DNA from: an uncultured delta proteobacterium | Lineage (GTDB): Bacteria; Desulfobacterota; Binatia; UBA9968 | Reading direction: 5' to 3' | DNA: 64,000 nucleotides | Assembly (NCBI GenBank): GCA_963760795.1 | Contig: CAVXEP010000030.1 | Location: 64,001-128,000, forward strand | Shown here: one piece after another, positions 42,667 through 52,646 of the stretch | Layout of the letters: every line of letters starts with the position of its first letter | Numbering within the stretch: position 1 is the stretch's first letter | Translations under genes and position numbers: made by a program | Notes under the pieces: generated by a model | Told to the model about the DNA's origin: nothing | Database searches by the model: none | Seen by the model: only the letters and a program-made list of their open reading frames with translations

Positions 42667-43313
42667 GCGCTCGCAAGCCGGCCCAACGCTTCATCGATGG
42701 CGCGACGGAGTTTGAAAAGATTCTGCCTCAAAACATTGTAGTGGTTAATGAGACCCTCGAATTGCAGAACCTCGTCCGACGAAGCGGGGGGAGTCATACT
42801 CTCGAAGGTTTTCAAGGCAGCGCCGCGCGCGGCGAGAGTGTCGCCTAGGGCGAGGCGCTCTTCGGTGGAAAGGGCGACGCTGAATGGCTGCCCGCCTTTC
42901 TCCGAAAAAGTTCTGACCTGGCTCACCGCTTCGGACACGGTACTGATCTGAGGCAAGACATTATTGTCCCAGTAATTCTTCCTTTGCGCCGGCGTTCTGG
43001 ATGGGTCCCTAGCGATCTTGACGAAAAACTCGAACTGGCTTACCAGCGTGGTCTGCTCGAGGAATAATATGTCTAGTTGATCTTTTAACTTTTGCAGCTG
43101 GCTCCTCGCCGAAATTCGCTGGGCGGGCGGCAAGCTATCGAACCTGGTGTTATCGAGGCCGATCGCGGCCTGTAGGACCAGTGACGCTGCAGCATTGAAA
43201 TATTTGGTGAGGTCACTCCAGGCTTCAGAAAAAAGCGTTGCTGCCATGGCGCTGCTGGCCGACGTAATCAACGCCGCAAGTAAAAGCTGATGCAGCCGAC
43301 GCTTAAACTTCAT
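42663..43313 (-). CDS. Secreted alpha-helical hypothetical protein
   Basis: Signal peptide MKFKRRLHQLLLAALITSASSAMA; stop overlaps TIR start (GTGA). Confidence 0.8.
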   Translation of the reverse strand: MKFKRRLHQLLLAALITSASSAMAATLFSEAWSDLTKYFNAAASLVLQAAIGLDNTRFDSLPPAQRISARSQLQKLKDQLDILFLEQTTLVSQFEFFVKIARDPSRTPAQRKNYWDNNVLPQISTVSEAVSQVRTFSEKGGQPFSVALSTEERLALGDTLAARGAALKTFESMTPPASSDEVLQFEGLINHYNVLRQNLFKLRRAIDEALGRLASA

Positions 43314-43517
43314 CGCAGACCCTTTCTGCCAGAGCGGCGCATGGTCGCAAAGCGATGCCAAAAAACCCACGGGAGATCTTATCCCGCAAAATCTGCCGGT
43401 GAATTCAGCCACAAATAATATAATGGCAGACGTCAGAAGGGAAACCCGCGCGAGGATCGATTCTGCGGCAAGGTCGAAGCGGCATTTGGGGCAAGAAAAC
43501 CTCTTCGCCGCGCCGAC

Positions 43518-43632
43518 TGCGGCCTAGACGGCCGCGTCCATCGGCAAATCGCCTGCGCCAAGCCGCACGCCCTGCGCGACGGCGCGGCAATCGCGAGCTA
43601 GAAACTGTCGAGTTGAAGCCAAAAGTGCTGGC
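43518..43632 (+). repeat. Repeat family member (5' body)
   Basis: GCGGCCTAG..CGGCCGCGTCCAYCGGCAAATCGC...GCGCGACGGCRCGGCRATCGCGAGC shared with 57824-57980. Confidence 0.75.
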
Positions 43633-43741
43633 TGCGTTCGGGTGTAGGGAGTTTGTCCAGGTAGTTAGCTACGTCCCTTGATTCTCCTTAATTCTTTTCT
43701 TCTGTGGTATTCTTGCGGCCAAACATTGCAGGCCGACCGAT

Positions 43742-44500
43742 ATGCAAGCCGAACATTTCGATGTTTATGACATCGATGGAACTCTGACGATACCAGGCCA
43801 TGACCTTTGGTATCTGTGCACGAGGAATCTTTCCGCGGATAAAGATCTGTTCGACAGGTATGTTGCCCAATGGAAGAGCGAAATTCACAATGGGATGGCT
43901 CCTTTTGATCGTTCTCTGACAATGATGAAGAGAGGCTTGGCACTTCTCGAAAATAGTGTCAGCTCAGAGCTGGTTGCCGATGAAGTTCAGCGCATAGCCG
44001 GCAATCTTATTGATGAGGAATTAGTCTGGCGAGAGGCGATTGATTTTCTGAAAAGAAGAGTGCGCGCTGGGAGCGGAGCGGTCTTTTCGACCACGAATTA
44101 TCACGAGGGAGCTGTTGGGTTTCTCCATGCTTTGCACCTCAGAGGTTGGATCAGCCAGACGGAATTGAAAAGAATCGTCGTATCGGGTTCGAGAATTGAT
44201 TGGAGCTCCAGGACTGTTGTTCATTTCAATATGGGTCGCAACAAAGTTATCGGTCTGGTGGACGCCTTAGGAATCAGCGAAGAGGCAGTGAAAGCTAAGA
44301 TAGACTACGCTTTCGGGGATGATCCCTTGGGCAGCGACCGAGAGTTGTTGGAGATTGCAGCTTATCCCTACGTCATTAAGAATGAAAAACATCGTCATTT
44401 GAATTTGCCCGCTCGCGTAAAGTTGGTTACGTGGTCAGAGGTTGCAGTAATGTCCGCCTCAGAATCGATGGTGTTGCACAGTGACCCTGCGAGGAAGTAG
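43742..44500 (+). CDS. HAD superfamily hydrolase
   Basis: YDIDGTL (motif I), STT (II), K (III), FGDD...SD (IV). Confidence 0.85.
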   Translation: MQAEHFDVYDIDGTLTIPGHDLWYLCTRNLSADKDLFDRYVAQWKSEIHNGMAPFDRSLTMMKRGLALLENSVSSELVADEVQRIAGNLIDEELVWREAIDFLKRRVRAGSGAVFSTTNYHEGAVGFLHALHLRGWISQTELKRIVVSGSRIDWSSRTVVHFNMGRNKVIGLVDALGISEEAVKAKIDYAFGDDPLGSDRELLEIAAYPYVIKNEKHRHLNLPARVKLVTWSEVAVMSASESMVLHSDPARK

Positions 44501-44677
44501 CCCGACTCGTCATTCTCTGTCAGAGCAGTGACTCCCCCCACGCATTGTGAGGATAATACTAAGCACAAAGCAGGTGGAATTTTTTTCCCCGAGCTCAAAC
44601 CAGGGTCGGGCCCGTATTGTTCCAGTCTTGCGGATAAGCGATATACTCTAAACGTCGGTTCTTTGGGAGCTGTCTAT

Positions 44678-44863
44678 ATGGAAGCGGAAGATCTCGCCAA
44701 ACGCGTTCGCGACGCATGCCTGGAAGCGCTCCTTCAAGCCTACGAGGATGCGGGTATGCAGGGACTCTGTGCGGAAGGGCGTTGGGAAGCAGCTGTCGGC
44801 GCGCTGAAGACAATTGAACTGGCGCCGCTGTTGCGTGAGTTCAAACACCCGTCAGCAGATTGA
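44678..44863 (+). CDS. Small conserved hypothetical protein (61 aa)
   Basis: AYEDAGMQGLCAEGRWEAAVGA; GGAG RBS. Confidence 0.7.
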   Translation: MEAEDLAKRVRDACLEALLQAYEDAGMQGLCAEGRWEAAVGALKTIELAPLLREFKHPSAD

Positions 44864-44975
44864 TCGGCTTGATCCATAATCACCAACGCTCAGGCAAGCT
44901 GCTAATTCTACGATCATGGAGCATAGATGATACGGAATTTATTGCTGGTCGCAAACACGAGTACGCGCAGCCCGC

Positions 44976-46308
44976 TTATTGCGTCAAACGCATTTGCGTC
45001 GACAAGGTGTAACTCAAGCCGTCGACTTCGTATTCAAGCTCACCGAAAAAGGCCAGACGGCCTTGCTCCGGCCGCGCGACTTCGCCGATCACCCTGCCGT
45101 CTGCAACGCGCAGATTTTCCTGCCGCCATTCGGTCGTGCGGAAATCGCTGCTGGCTGATCGGGCGACCCATAGTCTCGCGCTACGCGGCGCAGGCGTCGC
45201 GTCGATGATCAAGCGCAGTTTGCCGTCGGCGTTTTCGTGCCGCCAGCGTAAGCTCGGCATCGCCGTACCGTTGATCTGATGGCGCGTGAAGGCGGCGAGG
45301 CCGGCGATCAGGTCGTTCAATTGCTCGCTCGGCGGGCGGTCTTGGCGTCGCAGATTATGTTCCGCGTTGGGAAGATAGAGCACCCATTTGTCATTCGGGA
45401 TGCCGTCCCAATATAGGTTCAACGCGTCGGTGGCCCAGTAAAAATCGTTGGTGCCGTTGACGATCAACTTGGGCATCGTCAGCCGGTCGCGATAGGCCCA
45501 GGGATCGACCATATCCAAAAGTTTTTTACCGGCGGGCGTCTCGGGGATCGGCAGAAGACCGCGGCTGCTGTACGCGATGAGACGCGCGCTATAGGCGCCG
45601 AAAGCTTCGATCTGGCGCGACATCTGCGCGCGCATGTTGAGCACGTCGATGACCACCGGCGCGATGGCGCCGACGCGCCGATCGACCGCGGCTGTCAGCC
45701 AGGTGGTCCAACCGCGCTTCGAAGCGCCGGCGACGATGAACTGGTCGACGGGCGCGTCTCCATTCTTGCTTGCTGAACGCCTGCAAAACGTCCATCGCTT
45801 TGACGACGCTCTTCACCATCGGCAACAGCAGCGGCCAGTTGTCGTCCCCGGACTTGAGGTAACGGACAAAAGTTTCCGCGATCAGGTCGTCTTCGCTCAG
45901 GTTGCCCTCGAGCAACGGCTGATTGGGAATGTGATAAACGAAGGCGACCGGCGCCTTGATCTTGCGCGCCAGCTCGAGCCCTAGGGCGTTCGTTTGCGCC
46001 GACGCCGAGCCGCCGGTCACCCAGAGAAGCATCTTGGCCGCCGGTGTCGCGTCCGCGGGCTGATAAACCTGCAATTGGTGGCGCCACTTCTCTCCCCGCC
46101 AAGTCTGCGACACGAACTGCAGATCGTAAATCCGATCGCCGCTCTGCTCACGCGCGATCTTGGTTTTCACCTGCCACTCGAAAGCGGGCTCAGGCTTGTC
46201 TAGGTATTTTTGTAGGTCGGCGTGGCTATCTGGTGAAATCAAAGTCGCCGCGGCGAACACGCAAAGTGAAAGTAGGATCCTATTCCCAAGGTGGTTTCGG
46301 ACGATCAT
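44976..46308 (-). CDS. PhoPQ-activated pathogenicity-related (PqaA) family hydrolase (frameshift ~45758)
   Basis: IPNQPL, EDDLIA, WPLLLPMVK; next frame GASKRGWTTW, VDPWAY, GTNDFYW, PNAEH. Confidence 0.85.
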
Positions 46309-46689
46309 GGATTCTCCCCTTCTCCGCGTTCAGCGTTTGGCGCACGCAGGTATCTTAACAGTTCTTTCGGTGGATCGAAGGCGAGATAAGGAAGGATCGC
46401 GCTTCAAGCTGTCTCGACAGTTTTTGAATTTCGCTTCCTGATAGGCGTAACGCGCGACCTCTCCGGGCTGCAACAGCGTTGACATCATCTGTAAACCACG
46501 GTTTACGTCGCCGCCAAAGGGCGGTCTATTCTCTTACTGAACTTTTCTTGTGTTTCTCGATATTGTGCGGCAGCGCGCCGTCTTTCATCGTTGGCACGGT
46601 GGCTGCTTATTCTGCTTCTTGTGAACAATAGAGTGCACTGCCCAGCGCAGTTGGGATATTAACTCAAACAGGGAAAGGGGAATCAGATC

Positions 46690-48183
46690 ATGGCTCGAAG
46701 AAGGAGCGTTAGAAGAAAGTTGCCCAAGCTTGGCAAGGAAGGATTCGTCACCAGCACATTCGCAACTCCCGACGTTGAGGATTACGTCGTGGCGGAACTC
46801 CGCTATGAAAGTCCGGTCGCTTACACCAGGTCGCGATTCGTCGCACCTGCGGTCGGTGCGGGCGACGCAAACCGCTTCAACCAAGTGCTAGAGAAATTCG
46901 ACATCAAGGAGATCCGTTCTCAATTCGGATTTCCCGCCGCCCAAGTGCGCAAGCGGGTTCAACTCGCTGCCGCGCTGCCCAGCGACCCCTCCACCAATAT
47001 CCTGAAGGCGAAAGGCGCCGACGCTGAATTTCGTCAGAGCGGCTTCGTTCAGATCATTCCGAAGCGCGGGGAAGATAGTAAAAAACTCGCCGCCGCTCTG
47101 AACCGGGAAAAAGCGGTGTGGAAAGCCTACGTGGCACCGCGGCCGGTGCCCGCGGGCCTATCCGGTAGCAGTCCCGGCACCCGGCTGTTCGAACCGGCGC
47201 AGGGATACCTTTATTCAGCTCCGTTCGGCATCGGCGCGGCCGATGTGTGGAGCCTGGCGGGAGCAAAAGGGAAGGGTATCACAATTTGCGATATCGAAGG
47301 CGCGTGGAATACCAGGCACGAGGATTTGCCCGCGGGTATTACGCTCATCGGCGGAACGATGATCGCTGACATTGGCTGGCGCAACCACGGCACCGCGGTG
47401 CTCGGCGAGATGATCTCGCTGCCAAATAGCAAGGGCTGTGTCGGCATCAGCCACGAGGCCAAGGCAGTCGTCCACTCGGCGGTGATTAACAATGTGTTCA
47501 ATTTAGCCCAGGCGTTGACCAACGCCACCAGCCAATTGAAAAAGGGCGATGCAATTCTGATCGAATTGCAGGCCACTGGACCAAACAATAAATACGTCGC
47601 TATGCAGTACTGGCCGGATATCTTTTCGGCGATCGTAGCGGCGACGGCCAAGGGCATCACGGTGGTCGAAGCCGCCGGCAACGGCAATGAAAATTTCGAT
47701 CTGCCGATCTTCAACAATACCGGCCTGCAGAAAGACAGCGGCGCCGTCGTGGTCGGCGCCGGCATTCCACCATCCAATGCTTTCGACTTCGACGGCGGCG
47801 GCGGTTTCGGTTCGGCGTATCAACAGATCGGCGTGCCGCGCTCGCGCATTTGGTTCTCCAACTACGGCAAAATCGTCAACGTGCAGGGCTGGGGCTTTCA
47901 CGTCGCAACGCTCGCTTACGGCGACATGCAAGGCGACGCTTCGGAGAATAAATGGTATACGCTGCGTTTCTCCGGCACTTCGAGCGCATCACCGATTGTC
48001 ACCGGCGCGGTAGCATGTCTGCAGGGACGGGCCAAGGCTAAAAACGGCGCGCCCTTAACGCCGGCCAAGGTGAGAGCGATTCTGATGCAATCAGGGACGC
48101 CTCAGGTGGCCGGGCCTGGCGTGCCGCTTTCTCAGCGCATCGGCCCCCAGCCCAATCTGGTCAAGGCGATGACGCTTGTCTAA
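46690..48183 (+). CDS. S8 (subtilisin-like) serine protease, no signal peptide
   Basis: Triad ICDIE, NHGTAVLG, FSGTSSASP; oxyanion AAGNG. Confidence 0.93.
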   Translation: MARRRSVRRKLPKLGKEGFVTSTFATPDVEDYVVAELRYESPVAYTRSRFVAPAVGAGDANRFNQVLEKFDIKEIRSQFGFPAAQVRKRVQLAAALPSDPSTNILKAKGADAEFRQSGFVQIIPKRGEDSKKLAAALNREKAVWKAYVAPRPVPAGLSGSSPGTRLFEPAQGYLYSAPFGIGAADVWSLAGAKGKGITICDIEGAWNTRHEDLPAGITLIGGTMIADIGWRNHGTAVLGEMISLPNSKGCVGISHEAKAVVHSAVINNVFNLAQALTNATSQLKKGDAILIELQATGPNNKYVAMQYWPDIFSAIVAATAKGITVVEAAGNGNENFDLPIFNNTGLQKDSGAVVVGAGIPPSNAFDFDGGGGFGSAYQQIGVPRSRIWFSNYGKIVNVQGWGFHVATLAYGDMQGDASENKWYTLRFSGTSSASPIVTGAVACLQGRAKAKNGAPLTPAKVRAILMQSGTPQVAGPGVPLSQRIGPQPNLVKAMTLV

Positions 48184-48186
48184 GAA

Positions 48187-48603
48187 ATGATTGCAACCGG
48201 AGAATGGCGGGAGCAGAATGGTATTGTCATGTTTCCCGCTGTTCCGCCGCCGAAAGAGCTGAGTTGCCGGTCCATCGACTTCAAATTGAAGCCGGGCTGG
48301 CGCTTCGATGAGGCGAAGGGCGTTTTCATCGACCGGAGCGGCGTGGAGTTCGCCACGCCGCGGTTGCCGAAAAACAGCCGCGTCCTCTATAAAGTGCCCA
48401 GCCTGGCGCGATCGGCATCCAAAAAACTCTCCGGCGCTGAAAGAGATTTGCAGCGCTACATGCAGGTGATCCTGCCTTCGCCGCGCTCGACCAAATCGGT
48501 TTTGCAGGCCGTCCAATCCCTGCCCGCCGTGGAGGAAGCGCATTTAGCTCCCGAAATCAGCCTGCCGATAGAAAGATCCTCTGAACCAAAGAGCAAGCGT
48601 TAA
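48187..48603 (+). CDS. Hypothetical protein resembling a stand-alone subtilase propeptide
   Basis: Starts 3 nt after S8 stop (alternative ATG 48229); YMQVILP...QSLPAVEEAHLAPEISLP resembles S8 FVQIIPK...NREKAVWKAYVAPRPVP. Confidence 0.7.
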   Translation: MIATGEWREQNGIVMFPAVPPPKELSCRSIDFKLKPGWRFDEAKGVFIDRSGVEFATPRLPKNSRVLYKVPSLARSASKKLSGAERDLQRYMQVILPSPRSTKSVLQAVQSLPAVEEAHLAPEISLPIERSSEPKSKR

Positions 48604-48735
48604 GACATGGGAAACGGTCAAGCTTATAGCGGCTCAAAGCGCTGATGCTTTGCAAAAGGCTTGCGCAGATTTGGAGCGACGTCGGCCCGGCTTGCTGCGC
48701 GCCTTCGAGGCACGCACCGCTAGAGGAGTTAAGCG

Positions 48736-49632
48736 ATGATAATTTCTGTCGTGAACCACACGAAAGGCAAGCTGTCAGACGAACAGGTGCAGGAAGGTAT
48801 ACGCGCGGTCAACCGCCAGATCGCGCACGATTTCAGGCCATACTGGGACTTCGGGGCGGAGCTCCGGCTGGAAGGGGTCGTCGGCAACGCGCCGGATGAC
48901 GAGAAGCTGCCGGAGCTGCGAGGTGACGCCATCCTTTACCTGTGGGATGAGGTCGATGTTGACGATGCGCTCGGCTACCACGACTTGAACGCGCGCGGTG
49001 TGCCGTTCGGATTCGTGTTCACCGAGCTCGTGAAAGAGCTGAAGGAGCCGTGGACGGTTACCTTTTCCCACGAGGCGCTCGAGCTCCTAGCGGATTCAGA
49101 AGCCAACCTGTTGGTCGCCGGCCCACATCCCGCCGATCCCAAGGAGGAAGTTTTCCATTGGTACGAGATGTGTGACGCGGTGCAGGACGAAAAATACAAG
49201 GTAGACGGCGTGTGGGTGTCGAATTTCGTGCTCCCATTGTACTTCACGCCGGATCCGGAAGCAGGAGGCCGCAACGATTTCCTCGGACGGGTCTACAAGA
49301 AGACCACGTTGAGGTCGTTCGGCATCAACCCGGGTGGATATATCGGTTTCTACAACCCCAAAACCCGAAAGCATGAGACGTTCGCGCTAAAAGCCGACGC
49401 CCGCGCGCGGCAACGCCTCGCCATCAAATCAAAGGCGCAGCTGACGCGACGGTCGATGCGCTACAAGCTTGGCGTCTCCTATCCGGAGCGCATCGAGAGC
49501 ATGGTCACGCGCGCGACACGCGGCCGTAGTGCACAACGCGCCCAGCGTCCGCCACGACGTCCACCCGCTCCGCCTCGCGCGGTCGGAATGATCGACCAGT
49601 CGACCACGCGACCAGGCTTAGGCGTCGACTGA
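48736..49632 (+). CDS. Hypothetical protein with HExxE motif (putative metal-dependent hydrolase)
   Basis: GAGGAG RBS; LGYHD, SHEALELLAD, YEMCDAVQ, VSNFVLP; Arg/Pro-rich tail. Confidence 0.8.
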   Translation: MIISVVNHTKGKLSDEQVQEGIRAVNRQIAHDFRPYWDFGAELRLEGVVGNAPDDEKLPELRGDAILYLWDEVDVDDALGYHDLNARGVPFGFVFTELVKELKEPWTVTFSHEALELLADSEANLLVAGPHPADPKEEVFHWYEMCDAVQDEKYKVDGVWVSNFVLPLYFTPDPEAGGRNDFLGRVYKKTTLRSFGINPGGYIGFYNPKTRKHETFALKADARARQRLAIKSKAQLTRRSMRYKLGVSYPERIESMVTRATRGRSAQRAQRPPRRPPAPPRAVGMIDQSTTRPGLGVD

Positions 49633-49706
49633 GCTCAATGACGGGGGAATCAGGCACTGTTGACTAGATCGAAAAAATTCTCGTTAGGCTCTCAATTAGT
49701 GGAGTT

Positions 49707-50645
49707 CTACTTTTTCTGAGGAGAGTAATAGGTATCGAGCAACCGCTGGCGAACCGCCAACTCCCCTCCCGGTAGGGCGTCGAACTTTGTCGTTCCGTCG
49801 GTTTTTTGCAATATCGACCGTCCTGCCGAATCTTGGTGCATCGACAGTAGGGCCTTCTCCAGACCCTTGGCCAGCTCTGGAGCCAAATCTTTTCGAACAG
49901 AGACAAGGTGGCGCGGTAAACTCGCCGTTTCCGCCAAAATGGTTATTTGCGATTTTTTGCTGTCGTCGAGGGCGGCATGGTCATCGTTGCTAAAAGCTCC
50001 GGCGGCGACTTTTTTTGCGAGAACCGAGTCGACGAGTTTCTCCTGAGAACCGGCAAAAATGTAACCGATCTCTCCGCTGGCGACCTTGGCATCGTTTTGA
50101 GTCTTCTGTAAAAGTTTGAACCCCTTTTTCGTGAGATATAGCTTCGGGAGAAAAAAACCTGAAGTCGATTCGGAATCTTCAAAAGCGATGATCTTTCCCT
50201 GAAGGTCTTCGAGACGCTTAATCCCGCCGTTTTTCGTGGTGAAAATCGCGGCGTGGTACTCGGCCATGCCTCCTTTCCAGCGCCTGAGGAGTAATTTACC
50301 CGCGCCGTATACGTTGTTGATCATATGCGTCGGATGGGGGCTCTCCATGTAGAAATCGGCCCTCCTCGCCGAAAGCAGGCTGGCGAGCCGAGACTGCGTC
50401 GAAACGAGCACAATCCTTCCTTCAAGCTTCGACGCGGAGGAAAGTTTTCTCGCCAGATAGCCGACAAAATCCTGAAAATGCGCCTCGATCTCCTTTTGAT
50501 TTGTCTCAGCGACGATTCCTAAAGTAATCGTCTTTGCTTCAGATCTGCCGGGCTTCTGCCCCGCCGCGCCGGAAACCAGGATGATTTCGAAAAGGAGAAT
50601 CGCGGAAAAGATGGCCAGACTGCGAGCCAGTTTCGTCACAAACAT
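49707..50645 (-). CDS. PhnD-like ABC substrate-binding protein
   Basis: DLQGKIIAFEDSESTSGFFLP; paralog of 28128-29060. Confidence 0.88.
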   Translation of the reverse strand: MFVTKLARSLAIFSAILLFEIILVSGAAGQKPGRSEAKTITLGIVAETNQKEIEAHFQDFVGYLARKLSSASKLEGRIVLVSTQSRLASLLSARRADFYMESPHPTHMINNVYGAGKLLLRRWKGGMAEYHAAIFTTKNGGIKRLEDLQGKIIAFEDSESTSGFFLPKLYLTKKGFKLLQKTQNDAKVASGEIGYIFAGSQEKLVDSVLAKKVAAGAFSNDDHAALDDSKKSQITILAETASLPRHLVSVRKDLAPELAKGLEKALLSMHQDSAGRSILQKTDGTTKFDALPGGELAVRQRLLDTYYSPQKK

Positions 50646-50727
50646 AATTTAACGACCAACCGCTCCTTGGCGTAGGTAATATACAAACGCAATGATCTTA
50701 GCAAGAAAAAACCCGGCACGCCGCGTT

Positions 50728-50856
50728 CCCGGCTTATGGTGTTCCGGCTCAGGGGGTCTGAGACCCGAAGGCGAGTCGCTCAAGGACTGGCGAAACCAAC
50801 ATCTGCAACGAGCACCTTGAACATTGAGCAAGCAGCCTTGATTCTGCGAGCTGTTA
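50728..50856. repeat. ~130-bp direct repeat, copy 1 (copy 2 at 53575-53705)
   Basis: 6 mismatches plus a 2-nt indel by manual alignment. Confidence 0.92.
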
Positions 50857-50885
50857 ACGGGACGTAATTGATTAAATCTAATATT

Positions 50886-50980
50886 CCCCGCAGCTTGTTG
50901 CGGGGACAAAATTGCTGGGGTTTCCAAAGGGGGTTGAACATCCCCTTTGGTCGCGAGCGGGGTTCATACCCCGCTCGCGA
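50886..50980. repeat. Cluster of three REP-like palindromes
   Basis: CCCCGCAGCTTGTTGCGGGG; CCAAAGGGGG..TCCCCTTTGG; TCGCGAGCGGGG..CCCCGCTCGCGA. Confidence 0.8.
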
Positions 50981-50989
50981 AATGCCCGG

Positions 50990-51105
50990 TTGATTTGACA
51001 AACTCCGGCTCAACAACTTCGACACTCCGGACGTCGAAATGCCAACCTGTCGCGCCACCTCGGCCAATCTCCGGGCGATCTCGGCTCTCGCCTGCGCCGG
51101 CGGGT
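50990..51105 (-). pseudogene. C-terminal HTH relic of a Y1/RAYT-like transposase
   Basis: ARAEIARRLAEVARQVGISTSGVSKLL. Confidence 0.5.
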
Positions 51106-51136
51106 CGAAGTAGGAAGGCGATCCAGGTGGATTATT

Positions 51137-51760
51137 TTAAAACGTTGCCGCGAGTTGTACGGCCGACGCTTTCGCCTTGCATTTGGTGCGGGCGAGCGCG
51201 TCGGCATCCGCCAACGTCGGCGCGACGCTGATCTCGTGAATGTCGGTTACGCCAATGAAATTCAACCACCGGCGCAAATAGGGCTTTTGAAAGTCAGAAG
51301 GATCGCTCACGCCATACTCGCCGGCGCTAGCGTAAACCATCAGCGCTTTTTTTCCGGAAAGGAGACTCTTGTAGCCTTCCGCTCTGGACCACGACCAGTT
51401 CTCTCCGGCAAGGGTTACGACGTCAATGTAATGCTTAAGGCGGTACGGAACACCAAAGTTCCACATCGGCACGCTGAAGATGTATTTGTCGGCGGCATTA
51501 AAGCGCCGCGAAATCCTTTGAACCGCATCCCATCGCACCCGCTGCTCCGAGAGTGAATTCCTGCTTTCGCAAGACGGCGAACTTCGCCTCGATCGTCTCG
51601 GCATCGAACGGCGGCAAGTCCGCGAGCCCAAAGATCGATCGACTTGAAGCTCGTCTTGTGGATGCATCTCTTGGTAAGCTTGCAAGAAAACCTTCGCCAC
51701 GTCGATCGAGTGAGAAGTCGACTTCGCAGGTGAAGCTTCGATATAAAGCAGTCGTGCCAT
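51137..51760 (-). CDS. azoR: FMN-dependent NADH-azoreductase (internal compensating indels)
   Basis: LLYIEASP, SVPMWNFGVPYRLKHYID; family-like IDLW and DLPPFD lie in other frames at 51550-51650. Confidence 0.85.
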   Translation of the reverse strand: MARLLYIEASPAKSTSHSIDVAKVFLQAYQEMHPQDELQVDRSLGSRTCRRSMPRRSRRSSPSCESRNSLSEQRVRWDAVQRISRRFNAADKYIFSVPMWNFGVPYRLKHYIDVVTLAGENWSWSRAEGYKSLLSGKKALMVYASAGEYGVSDPSDFQKPYLRRWLNFIGVTDIHEISVAPTLADADALARTKCKAKASAVQLAATF

Positions 51761-51933
51761 AAGCATGTCCTTTCTTGTTACTATCGTTAAGCCTTCAGCG
51801 GCTTGAGCAGATGCTTGCGAAATGCGGTGAAGATCGGTAGAGAGTCATGCCTTTCTTTCTCAGCCCTCGTGGCGAGGGATCGGAACGCTCTGCGAACAGT
51901 CGTTGGCTTCGTAACCCAACCCCAACATCGGAG

Positions 51934-52425
51934 CTACTCGCCGATGAGGCGCAGGTTGTAGGCCGCTTTGAGGCCGGGAATCCAGTCGTTGAAGAAGTGG
52001 ATGCCGTGCGGCTCGCCAAGGCGATTCAGTTCGTCGAGCCCGATCGGCCCTTGACGCAACCGCTCTCCGAAGTCCTTGAAGAAGCGCTCGAACCCACCTG
52101 GCGTGTACAGCTCGACGAGGCGTGCGGGCTCGGGTCCCCCGTTCCACATGGTGTGGGGGATCCGGCGAGGCTTCAGCACCCAGCTGCCGGGTGTCGCCTT
52201 GACGACCTCATCGCCGACCCGAGCGTGCATCTCCCCCTCGAGCACGTAGAGCCAGACATCGTTCTCGTGCACGTGCGGCGGTAAGAGAAGACCCGGCTCG
52301 AACGGCTGCTCGATGATCGAGATGACGCCGTTTGTCTCCTCGCTGTAAAGCTTGATGATGACGCCGTTAGCGTCGTCACCTTCGTCGCTAGCGACCAGCG
52401 TCTTGCCCTTGATTCGTTCACGCAT
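51934..52425 (-). CDS. Cupin domain protein
   Basis: PPHVHE, YVLEG, PRRIPH, TPGGFERFF. Confidence 0.88.
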   Translation of the reverse strand: MRERIKGKTLVASDEGDDANGVIIKLYSEETNGVISIIEQPFEPGLLLPPHVHENDVWLYVLEGEMHARVGDEVVKATPGSWVLKPRRIPHTMWNGGPEPARLVELYTPGGFERFFKDFGERLRQGPIGLDELNRLGEPHGIHFFNDWIPGLKAAYNLRLIGE

Positions 52426-52646
52426 GGCTCACCTCCTTCTCAGACCGAGCGTCGGGGTAGTACATCGCGGCTGCGGCCTCGACGTCGCGCGCGGTGCAAG
52501 CTTTCGCGCGCCAAAGGTTGGCGAGTCCTGGTAATGGAGCACCCATAATGATTTCCTCCTTGGGTTGTTGCGCTGCTTCTGGATTAAATTATGGGTCTGG
52601 TAATTCGCTACGCAATCCGCAAAACTTGCAGACGAGGTATGCGAAA

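Noticed and set aside
46690-46740. Tat signal on the S8 protease
   Set aside because: Arg pairs are present but there is no hydrophobic region or consensus
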